64,000 bases of DNA, from contig NC_058382.1 of the NCBI RefSeq assembly GCF_018350175.1, positions 61,506,001 to 61,570,000 of the forward strand, written 5' to 3'. This stretch comes from Felis catus. Lineage: Eukaryota. Shown in pieces: positions 1 through 9,987 of this stretch. The notes beneath the pieces are model-generated. The model did no database searches, was not told the origin of the DNA, and saw only the letters and a list, made by a program, of their open reading frames with translations. Numbering within the stretch: position 1 is the stretch's first letter; each line of letters opens with the position of its first letter. Position numbers and translations under genes: made by a program.

Positions 1-605
1 GCCAGAGATCCAGGCTGGGGTTTCAGGCTCACACCTGGCCTCTCTGTGGACACTTACTAGCCCAGGACATCAGGAAGCCTGGTTCCATTTTCCATTCAAG
101 GCAGTCTTTGGTTTCGCTCATAAACGTGTCTCATAAAGGTGGATAAGAGATATGACGTGCTTGTCTGTAAAGATAAGGGAGAGTGGATTGCCCTGAACTT
201 TCTCTTCAGTCTTGTTGAGCTTTCTTGAATCAGCTGAAACTTTAGACCAACTGCCCTCGGGGGTGGCTAATCCACCATTTCGCTGGCACTTGAGTGGTGA
301 ATTCACTGAAGGATTTGTGTTTATTTCTTGCTGTAAAAAGCAATCGGGAAAAACAGCATCTTTTAATGTTACCTCACCTGGTCCCTCGGTACAAAGTGCT
401 GGTAGATCTAGCCTTAAGTAAGTGTTTAAAAGAACTTTAAAGGAATCCGCAAAAAGAAAAGCCACATTTGGGGGAATGATTAATGTATGAGCATACATCT
501 CGCCTCTAACAGCGAAGTGGAAACAAATCCTAACCTTTAGTCTGAAGACTTCATAACTGCTTGGAGTACTTTTTTTTTTAAGTGGGGAAAATGTGTTAAC
601 GTGAA

Positions 606-789
606 GTTTTTTTTTTTTAAGTTTATTTTATTTATTTTGAGAGAGAGAGAGAGCGCACATGTGAGCGGGTGGGGGGGGGGAGGGGCAGGGAGAATCCTAA
701 GCAGGCTCCCAGTTGTCAGCATGGGATCATGACCTGAGTCGAAACAGAGTCAGTCGGTCACTTAACTGACTGAGCCACCCAGGCACCCC
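606..789 (-). mobile_element. Carnivore SINE (SINEC), internally deleted
   Basis: T-tail, (GA)n and reverse-complement tRNA-like head ...ctgagccacccaggcacccc. Confidence 0.85.
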
Positions 790-1606
790 ACATGGGAAGT
801 TATTTTTAAAAGGCCATTATCAAAACCTCTTGATGGGGAAAGGGTTCCTTTTTTTTTTTTTTTTAATTGAGGCAGGAAACTCTGTCAGGCATCGATGTGA
901 ATGCCTGTGTGGAGCCTTTCCCCGAGGCACAGCTAATTCCCTAAGTGCAGCTTGGTCAGTGATCCTGTGACCCTGAAATGCTTTTAGTGGCTTTTGTCCA
1001 CCTGATGCTGTCCTGGGCACTTCCCCCCAGGAGAGTGACTGCTTCCCTTCCCCGTGTTTGGCTGTCACCTCGATGGAAAGATGCCTTTCTGGCCTACCAC
1101 TGCTCGGGAAACACTTTTCCAGGCACCGGGCTGTCCACCATAACTCTCTTGGGCGGGCAGAGGTGGGACATGAATGTGGGTAGAGGTGTGTCTGAGACGG
1201 GAGTGAGCTCATCATCTCCCACCTTCCCCCTCCTGTGGATGCTAAGGTACACACTGCCCTATTATTCTGATTTCTTTTTTCTTGTCAGTTTTGGTACTAA
1301 AACTTTTCACAGGCCCTACTTTGCGGCTTGGGCGCCTCACGTGACCTGTCCGCCGGGCCCCATCTGCCTCTCCAGCCCCTTCTTCCTCCTTCCTCTTCTG
1401 CCTGGAGGCCAGCTGCCCCCATGGCCCCCAAAGCGTTGGCACCTGCCCCCAGGGTAGGGCTCTCGGAGTGGCCACCACTGCACAGACCCAGGGCCCTCCC
1501 ACTCATCTCATTTTCAGCCCTGAGGTTCAAACACAGGAACGATTCATAGTCTGTCGTGCATTGGATGGTGGTGTTCTGTGTCATGAGCTCTATGGGGCTT
1601 GGAATT

Positions 1607-1834
1607 CTTTTTTTGTTTTTTGTTTTTTTTCAGAAATGTTTGTTTATTTCTTGTGAGAGAGAGGGAGTGTGAACAGGGAGGGGGCGGCAGAGAGAGAGGG
1701 AGAAAGAATCCCGAGCGGGCTCTGCGCTGCCAGCACAGAGCCTGATGTGGGGCTCAAACTCATGAACCATGAGATCAAGACCCCAGCTGAAATCAAGAGT
1801 CAGACACTCAACTGACCAAGCCCCCCAGGTGCCT
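1607..1834 (-). mobile_element. SINEC (feline type)
   Basis: T-tail, (GA)n and reverse-complement head. Confidence 0.88.
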
Positions 1835-2328
1835 TGGGCTCGGAATTCTCTCTTCCACCTCGGCCTGGCAGCGAGAGCAGCAGCTGAGTTTGGCATCTCA
1901 CCATCACCAGTGCCCCCCTCCTCCATAAACTGGTGTGCTGGTAGCACATGCTGGGGAGGGGTGAGGACGAGTGAGGGAACACCAGTACAGAGCCCTGGGC
2001 CCGGGAAGTGTGTGTGCACACAGGCACAACACACACACACACACACGCACACACACACAGATGCCCCCTCGTTCGTTGTCTCTGCAGTGCTCTGCACAAG
2101 TACGGGGGGCTGCTGGCCCCGCTGTGGATGTTCCTTCCGGTCTCCTGGCCCAGTGCGTCCTCTCCCTTTCCCACGGGGTGGGATCCGTGGCCACTAGGAT
2201 TGGCTCTGGGCCACTGGTTTGGGAGGCCCCCTAGTCCTGTGGGCTTTAGGTGTTCAAGCTGGACTCCATAGACCTCACTGGGAGGTCGCCTCCTGAGTGA
2301 CTGAGGACCTTCTCTTTAGCTTGCCTGT

Positions 2329-2551
2329 ATTTTTTTTATTATTTATTATTTTTAATGTTTATTTTTGAGAAAGAGAGAGAGTGTGTGTATGTGTGTGTGA
2401 ATAGGGGAGGGGCAGAGAGACGGTGACCGAGGATCCAAGCAGGCTTCGAGCTGTCAGCACAGAACCTGACTCGGGGCCTGAACCCATGAACTGTGAGATC
2501 ATGACCTGAGCCAAAGTCGGACGCTGAACCGACTGAGCCCCCCAGGCGCCT
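2329..2551 (-). mobile_element. SINEC (feline type)
   Basis: T-tail, (GA)n(GT)n and reverse-complement head. Confidence 0.88.
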
Positions 2552-4202
2552 CGTTGCCAGTATTTTTTTTAAATGGCATTTGCACAGATGAAGGTGGATG
2601 AGTGTCCAGTGATGTTGTCCCCTGATATGCTGGGCAGAAGTGAGAGCTGGTTGGAAAGATGAAATCCTGCTTCCCTCGTCACAAGTCTCCTCGCAGTCAG
2701 AATATTTCTGGCCGAAACTCTCAGGTCCTGCTCCTTCTCCCACCAGTGCCGTCTGTGCTGCCCGCCCTTGCTATCACACAGGACCCTTGGCATTTGGGGA
2801 CTCTTTGTGCCTTGGTTATGCTTTGTGAGGGTCACCCAGGCAAGGCGCGGTGTGGAGATGAAGCCCAGCCACCCAGGGACAGGTGGGCACTTTGCTTTAC
2901 AATCCAGGGTGGCAGCGGCTGACGTTTTCAGGCTCTTGCAAGAATGTGCTGGGCCCACTCATGTTTACGCCCCTGACGCTGTTCTGATCCCCATTGCACA
3001 GATGAGAAAACTTGTTCACGAAGCAACCATCTCATCACCCAGTGGGGAGGGGTGGGGGCAGGACTGGGAGTGAGGACTGCGGCCTGGCCTTGGGGAGTTA
3101 CTCTTCTTTGCACCTCACGGGCTGTGCTAAGCCTTGGACGTGCCTGGTGTGGTAAAGCACTGGGTGCCACAGGAGTGGCAATGAGTCTCCTGTCTCTGTT
3201 TGTACCTCGCCCAGCAGCCCTCCAGGTGCACGTGAGTGCCTTCACAGGATTTCGGGTCCTAGTGTTCGGAAGAGGAAGGGGCTCTGTAGAGTGCACCTGG
3301 TCAGGGTCCCGTGCGCATTTCTCGGTGATGTAAAACATCGTCCATGTGCCCTGTGACCTTCCTGGCCTCTACCTGGGGAGGGTGTGAGCGCTGGGAAGGA
3401 CACCTGCCTGGGTGTGACTGTGTGAGCCAGGTGTTTGTAGATCACATTCCTGATTCAGTCTCACCTCTGAGCAGAGATTACCTCACAGGAAGGCGTCCCC
3501 CAATAAGCCGTGCTCTCTGTCCAGACATCTGTGAGCCTGGGGCTGGCTGTCACAGATGACCAAGAGAAGCCTGTGTGGCCGCTTTGGCTGGCCCAGTACC
3601 TAACTGGCCGTTTGCAGCCTCTGCCCTGTGCTCTTAGGAGAGGTTGAAGCTGTCAGGGTGTCTTTGGGGTCCCTGTGCAACCTCGAGATTGGCTCATGAG
3701 ACACAGCCCCAGGGTCTCTGCCCCCTTCAGGGCCCTGGTCACCCCCACTGCACCCCCCACCACCCAGGTCTTCACAAAGAAGGGGTTCTCTGTCCCCTGT
3801 GATGGAATCAACTATCTTCTCAATTGGGCACCAGGGGGTGACCTGTGGGGGCCGGAAGTATGTGAGTGGCTCCCACAAAGGAAGCATTGTGGTATTGGTT
3901 GGTCTGGTCCTGGGATGTGGCCATTTGAACAAATATGCCAGTGAGTATCAGCTGCAGGAAGGCGCCAGGGTTTCGCTCCGATCCTGTTTGACTCCTCAGA
4001 GGGAGTTTGACCTCCAATGAGGACCTAGTCAAGGAGGAAGCTTGGCTGGAAACGGCAGCCCAGTAATTAGGCAAATCAGCATGCGTGGAGTCCGGGGCTC
4101 CTGTCACTGTCTTAGCTCCGCCTGGAAACCCCACTTGTTCGGTGTCGAGGGCATCTGGGTCTGCAAAGGAGAGAAGGCAGAACGGTTTACAAGCAGGGCA
4201 CA

Positions 4203-4441
4203 AGGGTTTCCTTTGGCTGCTGTAAACAAGTTACACAAGCTCACTGCTCAAAACAGCTCAAATTTATTCTTTTACAGTCGGAGAAGCCAGAAGTCCAGGA
4301 TAATGTCTTTGCCTTAAGGTCAGCAGATTAGCAGCCTTACTCCCAAATGCTACCCCAGTCCCCTTGCAACTTAACATAACACGTCCACAGGTCCCGGGGA
4401 TTGGAATGTGGACAGGTTGGGGGCCATTATTTGGCCCACCG
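4203..4441. mobile_element. MLT1-like (MaLR) LTR remnant
   Basis: ttggctgctgtaaacaagttacacaa...aaatttattcttttacagt...ggggattggaatgtggaca...ggggccattatt match recalled MLT1 motifs. Confidence 0.65.
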
Positions 4442-4549
4442 TGGAGGGGAAAGTCACATGGGTAGAATGGTCACTGTTCTGTCACCTGGATTCCATCATC
4501 AGTGACATCAGAACACGGGTTCTGGAATTATGTTCCATCTAATGCTTTA

Positions 4550-4715
4550 CAGGGGCTGTTCTCACTTGAGTCCAGCGGTGGATGTGACAGACGCTCAGAT
4601 TGCTAGGTCCCACCCTGATGAGCCCGATACTGCCTGGGGCTGGGGTGGCCCTAAGATCTGCATTTTCAGCAGGCTCCCCATGCTGCTGCTGCTGGTTCCA
4701 GGACCCACTCTGTGA
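4550..4715. mobile_element. MER5A-like hAT DNA transposon remnant
   Basis: cagattgctaggtcccaccc...atctgcattttcagcaggctcccc...gctgctggttccaggaccc match recalled MER5A motifs. Confidence 0.65.
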
Positions 4716-5637
4716 CCCCCAGTCGACCGTGTGTGGTTTCCCCAGGCCACACCCTGTGTTGGGACACCCCCAGGGCCAAGACTCCTTTCACTTGAGGTGA
4801 CTGGGATGGTCAGTGAGCGAGGGGACAACGCACGGTCTGGGTGTTGGCTTCAGAGCCAGGCTAGCCGTGGATTGGATCTCAGCCAGGTGACCTTGGCCAA
4901 GTTCCTCACCCTTCCCGGGCTATGCAGTGGGGCGGCGGGGAGGACCACAGGAGGGGATCCCGGAAGAGCACTCAGGGAGTTCAAGTAAGCCACCCTTAGG
5001 CGAGCGGGGAGGAACGCCTCAGAACGTACTGCATTTCAAGGCTGCGGCCCGTGCACTGTGGCCATGAGTGGGGCCTTCCCGGGCTTAGCCCCAGGGCACA
5101 CTGGCGGGCACTGGGTGGGGAAGTTCTGCAGGAGCAGAGGAACGCTGACCGTTCCCTCACCAGGACTGTGTGAAAATGCAAGGGTTAACTGATCCTTACG
5201 TTTGCACCGTGGGAGTTCTCTGGCCCATGCGCATTTCCCTGACTCGGGTCTTTCCTGGAATTGATTCGGGTGACGCTGGTCCTGGGTCCTTGCTGCTGGG
5301 CGAGGACGCCCCACCCTGCGGTGTCAGTTCGCGGAGAAGCAGGTGGGTGTCAGCCAGAGCCTGTGGAGGTGAGCACGGGCGGAAGTGAAACGGAGGCCGG
5401 GGGACACGGGCGCCGTTGCCCCACGGAGCTCTCTGTTTGCTGAGCAAACACACAACTTCCCAGTCTTGAGCAGGCATTTTCCTCTTAGCTTTGGTTGCTG
5501 CCAGCTCGTTTCTAGACACGAGTGCTTGATCTGAGGCATTACTTACTTTAAGCTTTAAAATTTGACATTGAGACAAGCATTTATGGAAGCATATACTAGG
5601 TGCCACATACCACGTGTGTTTTCATTTCTCTTAAGAC

Positions 5638-5725
5638 TTTATTTTCAAGCAGTCTCTATACCCAGCATGGGGCTTGAACTCTCAGCGCTGAGGCCAGTGC
5701 TCCCCTGACTGAGCCAGCAGGCCCT
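5638..5725 (-). mobile_element. Short, old SINEC
   Basis: ctctatacccagcatggggcttgaactc...ctgactgagccagcagg. Confidence 0.65.
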
Positions 5726-6141
5726 GTTTTCGTTTAATCTGTATAATCCCCTGTGTGGTAGCTGATAGCTGTTTGGAAAGAGGACTCCAAGGAGGCTCAG
5801 AGAGAGCCAGGGGCTTGCTCCGGACCACGAGCTCCCGTCCTGGATTGTGAGAGAGCGAGGTGGGTGCTGTGTTCTTGCCACTGTCACGTGCACGGAAATT
5901 AATTTCTTAATGCCATAGCACACGTTCCAATTTCAGAAAGTGTGAAGGCAGCGCGGTGGGAGTCTCCTGCCAGCCTTCTCACAGTAGGAGAAGGCCCGGT
6001 GTGTTTTACGTGTTGGCCAGCGTGTGGCAAATAGCGCCCCTTCGCAACTCTTCCCCCCAGTAGGGGCTCCGATCGTCTCATTACCAAGGACACCTCCTCC
6101 GTGTCGGTGGCTGTCCAGTGCCCCCTTGTGCCGACATCATG

Positions 6142-6210
6142 TCGCGTGTCCGGTGATTGGCTGTTAGGGTGATTGGGGATATTCGCGTGTCCGGTGATTG
6201 GCTGTTAGGG
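6142..6210. repeat. Perfect 28-bp direct repeat (6142-6169 and 6183-6210)
   Basis: tcgcgtgtccggtgattggctgttaggg occurs twice with a 13-nt spacer. Confidence 0.95.
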
Positions 6211-6322
6211 AGGCACCACGCGAGTAGACTCTGGTGTCATGGCACCTGAGCACACCTGCTGAATCAAGACAAGCAGGGGTGGTAGTTTTATTTATTTATG
6301 TATCTATTGGTTTATTAAAAAA

Positions 6323-6711
6323 CTTTAATGTTTATTTTTGAGAGAGACAGAGTGCAAGTGAGGGAGGGGCAGAGAGAGGGGGAGACACAAATCCAAAGCA
6401 GGCTCCAGGCTCTGAGCCGTCAGCACAGAGCCCGATGCGGGGATCGAACCCATGAACCGTGAGATCATGACCTGAGCTGAAGTCAGACGCTTCACCGACT
6501 GAGCCACCCAGGGGCCCTAATTATTATTTCTTATCTTGAGAGGGAGAGAGCGCATGAGCGGGAGGGGGCAGAAGGAGAGAGAGAGGGCCTTAAGCAGGTT
6601 CCACACTCAGCTCAGAGCCCAACGCGGGGCTCAGTCCCATGACCCTGGGATCACGACCTGAGCCAAAACCAACACTCGGACGCTCAACTCACTGAATCAC
6701 GCAGGCGCCCC
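6323..6711 (-). mobile_element. Two tandem SINEC copies (about 6323-6517 and 6520-6711)
   Basis: Two successive tail, (GA)n and head units. Confidence 0.88.
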
Positions 6712-7230
6712 AGGGCTGAAGTTTTGAGAGATGCTGCAGGCTGCCTTTTTTGGGATTGTTACCATTTTCCACCAGCATTGAGTGTGGGCCCTGCAAGGGC
6801 CTTGGTCTACCCACCGTGCTGTTTAGCCGCACGGGGGTACTGAGGAAACAGCCCGAGATCTGGAAAGGCAGAGGCCCCCTGGGCTTGAGCTTGGACCCTG
6901 CCCTTTGTGGAGTCTGCGTTCATTGTCCATAATTAGGGACCTCGGGGGGGGGGGGGGTCCGGCCTGGGAGGCCTAGTGTAGCTGCTGCTTTGGCTGGCCT
7001 CCCCCCGACCCCCGCACGTGTGCGGTCTCCTTCTGGGGGGCTGAAGAGGGCGTCTCCTCCATGGCCACTCCCTGTCCTGTCCTCAAGCCTAAAGAGAGTC
7101 ACAGGCAGGATGCCCTTGGTCTGAAACTGGCCGGGAGGTCCTGGCGGTCCCATGGTCATCATAGCACAGTGATACCGTGTACATCCTCACAGGCTATGGC
7201 GCCCTCAGAAGTGTCTGCATCCGTTCGTTA

Positions 7231-7290
7231 CCTCACCTGTTCTTTGAGGTGACACCGTGTGCCTCACCTGTTCTTTGGGTGACGCCGTGG
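7231..7290. repeat. Imperfect ~30-bp tandem duplication
   Basis: cctcacctgttctttgaggtgacaccgtgt followed by cctcacctgttctttgggtgacgccgtgg. Confidence 0.9.
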
Positions 7291-7854
7291 GTTAGCTTGG
7301 GCAGGTATTGCCTCCCAAGATTGCCTCCGTAGATAAGAAAATGAGGTGAGAGGCAAGACCCTCAATGTCATCATCACAGGTGGGAATCTGGGCTGAACTC
7401 CTTCCCATACTCCCCACTCAGGCACAGAGGGGTGAGGCTGTCAGACACCTGTCCTACCACTCGCCCCACCTGCTTGGGGGGTGGGGGGGACACTTCCTCT
7501 GGGAACTCTAGCCTGCGAAGGCCTCACAGACTTCTCCAGATAATCTTTCATCCTACGCTACTGTGACACATGATCATTTCCAAGAAAAGTCCCTAGCCTC
7601 TTGGTTTCTCCTCATTTGTCATTTTATACACAAGAAATCGCATTGGCTTTTCTTTTCCTGTACATCTTGGTGAGGATGCTCTTCTCGGCAGGGAGGGAGA
7701 AGCACCCAGTGGGGGGGCAACACCATGGAGACCATGTGTCCTGGGTCCAGCCCTACCTCAATGAGACATTGATGGACATGGAGAACCCTTCAGTCCTAGA
7801 TGCCTCCTGCTTCTGTCTGGGTCTCACTGCTTTCCCTCCAAGACAGTTGTGGGG

Positions 7855-8063
7855 GTTTTTATGTTTATTATTTTTCAGAGAGAGAGTGTGTGTGGGAGGG
7901 GCAGAGAGAGAGGGAGACAGAATCCCAAGCAGAATTCCAAGCAGGCTCCAGGCTCTGAGCGCAGAGCGCAGAGCTGTGGGGCTCGAACGCACGAATGGTG
8001 AGATCAGGACCTGAGCCAAAACCAGGAGTCGGATGCTTAACCGACTGAGCCACCCAGGCGCAC
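7855..8063 (-). mobile_element. SINEC with a small internal duplication
   Basis: Typical SINEC body; cagaatcccaag followed by cagaattccaag. Confidence 0.87.
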
Positions 8064-9159
8064 CAAGATGGTTTTTGAAATAAGGAAAAGGTGGTTTGTA
8101 CAATGCTATGTGATCAGCTTGGTGACAAAGTTACCGTAGCTCCGTGAAGTCATATTTGGGTGTTCTGGGTGGGCAGTTCAGGAGGGTGCACTTTGGGGTC
8201 TGGCAGTGCTAGGGAGGGGTCCCCGCTCTGTCATTTTTTAGCTGTGTCATTTGTGCAATTTTCTCAATCTGCCTGAGTCTCAGTTTCCTCGTCCGTAAGG
8301 AGGGAGTCATGGCACCAACCTGTATGTGGTGGTTGTGGATCGAAGCCGTAATGAATCATTTGTTAGTTGTGCAGCAAAGAGCTGGACACGTGTCTGCCCT
8401 GAACCTCCCAAGGGGACAGCCTTCTCATCAAAACCCAAAGACTCCCCAAGTCCTTACAACGTGAAGCACAATTAGATTACTAAACACGTACTTTTGTTAA
8501 CATGTGGACTGCTTAAACCGGGGACACAGGCATTCAAATTATTCCAACCAGAAGGCTTCCCATTGACCAGAGGACTGTATGGTGCTCGGTCTGTAAAGGG
8601 CGCTGAAGGGCTGGCTGGCCCCCCCCCCCCCTTCTTGGTCCTCAGGATGACTCAGGGCCCTGGCCTCTTCCAGGGAGCACCTCTGTTCTGAGTCTGTTTT
8701 CTTCTTTCCGTTGCCCCAATCCAATCACAGCTACAAACACTCATGGAACTCTCAAACGCGGGCCACAGTCTGCCACCTGCTGCTCACTTCCCGCTCTCTT
8801 GATGTTGGAGTGGATGGTTTTCCATTACTTTAATGGATCAGCTCAACACAAACTCTATCTTTGGCAATCTTCCTAGTTCTTAATGGCATTTTGAAAATAT
8901 TTGTGGAGTTAGCAGGTTCACTTAGCAGAGAATTTCATGGTGTATGTTTTTTTTTTTCATACCCTACCTCATTCCAAAAAGAATTAAGGCAATTCAAGTT
9001 CATCTCTTAGCACAGATTCCACCTGCATGCTTCATTCAAGGAAGTTTGCAGAAGTAGGTGGGTTTTCTCTGTTTCATCCAGCCTGGCATCTTGAGGGACC
9101 TGGGGGTGGGGTGGGGGGTGGGGGAGCAGCTGGGGCAGATTCCGGGGCCCCTTGGCCTG

Positions 9160-9345
9160 GCCTCACCACTTACTAGCTGTGACAACTTCCGGGAAATGAG
9201 CTCAACATTCTGGACCTCCGTTTCCTCATCTGTGAAATGGGTAACAGAACCACCTACCTCCTGGCTTGTGTACGGATTACAGCAGATGAGCATTTGTAAA
9301 CACGTTAATTCAGTGCCATGTTTTAATAATGAAATAAAATACACA
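9160..9345. mobile_element. MIR SINE
   Basis: Core ccacttactagctgtga...cctccgtttcctcatctgtgaaatggg...acctacctc. Confidence 0.75.
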
Positions 9346-9943
9346 GTGCTGAATTGAGCTCCTGGGCTTGAACCCAGAGACTCTGATTCTCTGACGGAGG
9401 CGCTGACAGTCTGGGGGCAAATCTCTAAATCTGCAGGTAGCGGCCGGATGCTGGCTTACCCAGCTCAGCTCTTAGCGATTCCAGAGCAAAATCCGTTGTT
9501 TCTGTTGAGCCTGGGTTTCTCATCTGACTCCGCTATGATTCGGGGGCACATTCGGGGGACTGTGAGTTTCAGACCATGAGGTCTTTCCTACGAAGGAGGA
9601 GGCTTAACTCATTCTCTCTTGCCTCCAGCCTCCAAGCACGCTTCCCCAGGGGACCCTGCTCCCTGCTGCGTGGTCACTTTGGGGTGTGACTGCTGTGTGG
9701 AGTGTGGGCGGGGTGTGTGTCACTCTCTGGCCCCCCACCTGGATATCCAGGCCCAAAGATGGGTCTGCAGGTGTCTCCAAATGAGTGGCGGCTTGGCCTG
9801 TCGAAGCTTTTGTGGGGGTTCCAGTGGAGAGTGTGGAGGGTATGCCGTATGTCCCTGAGGGGGAAGGTGGGGGGGGGCAGTCCATCTGTTGGTTCCCGGG
9901 GATGCTGAGGCGTGTCCTGACTGCCTGTTATCTCCTCTTGCAG

Positions 9944-9987
9944 AGTCCACAACGATGGTGTTGTCACCAGCCAGCTCAGAAGCCCAG
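9944..9987 (+). CDS. SPIRE2: SPIRE2 exon 2 (44 nt, (E)[14 protein letters not shown])
   Basis: Splice sites tctcctcttgcag|AGTCC...GCCCAG|gtacc; resembles the recalled human EPATMVVPLASSEAQ; phase 1 to 0. Confidence 0.9.

Noticed and set aside
118..498. 126-aa minus-strand ORF in an AT-richer intronic patch
   Set aside because: No recognisable domain or splice structure; length is compatible with chance. A BLAST or phyloCSF check would settle it.
6142..7290. Short direct repeats as a CRISPR-like array
   Set aside because: Only two copies each, no spacer series and no cas genes; mammalian intron.
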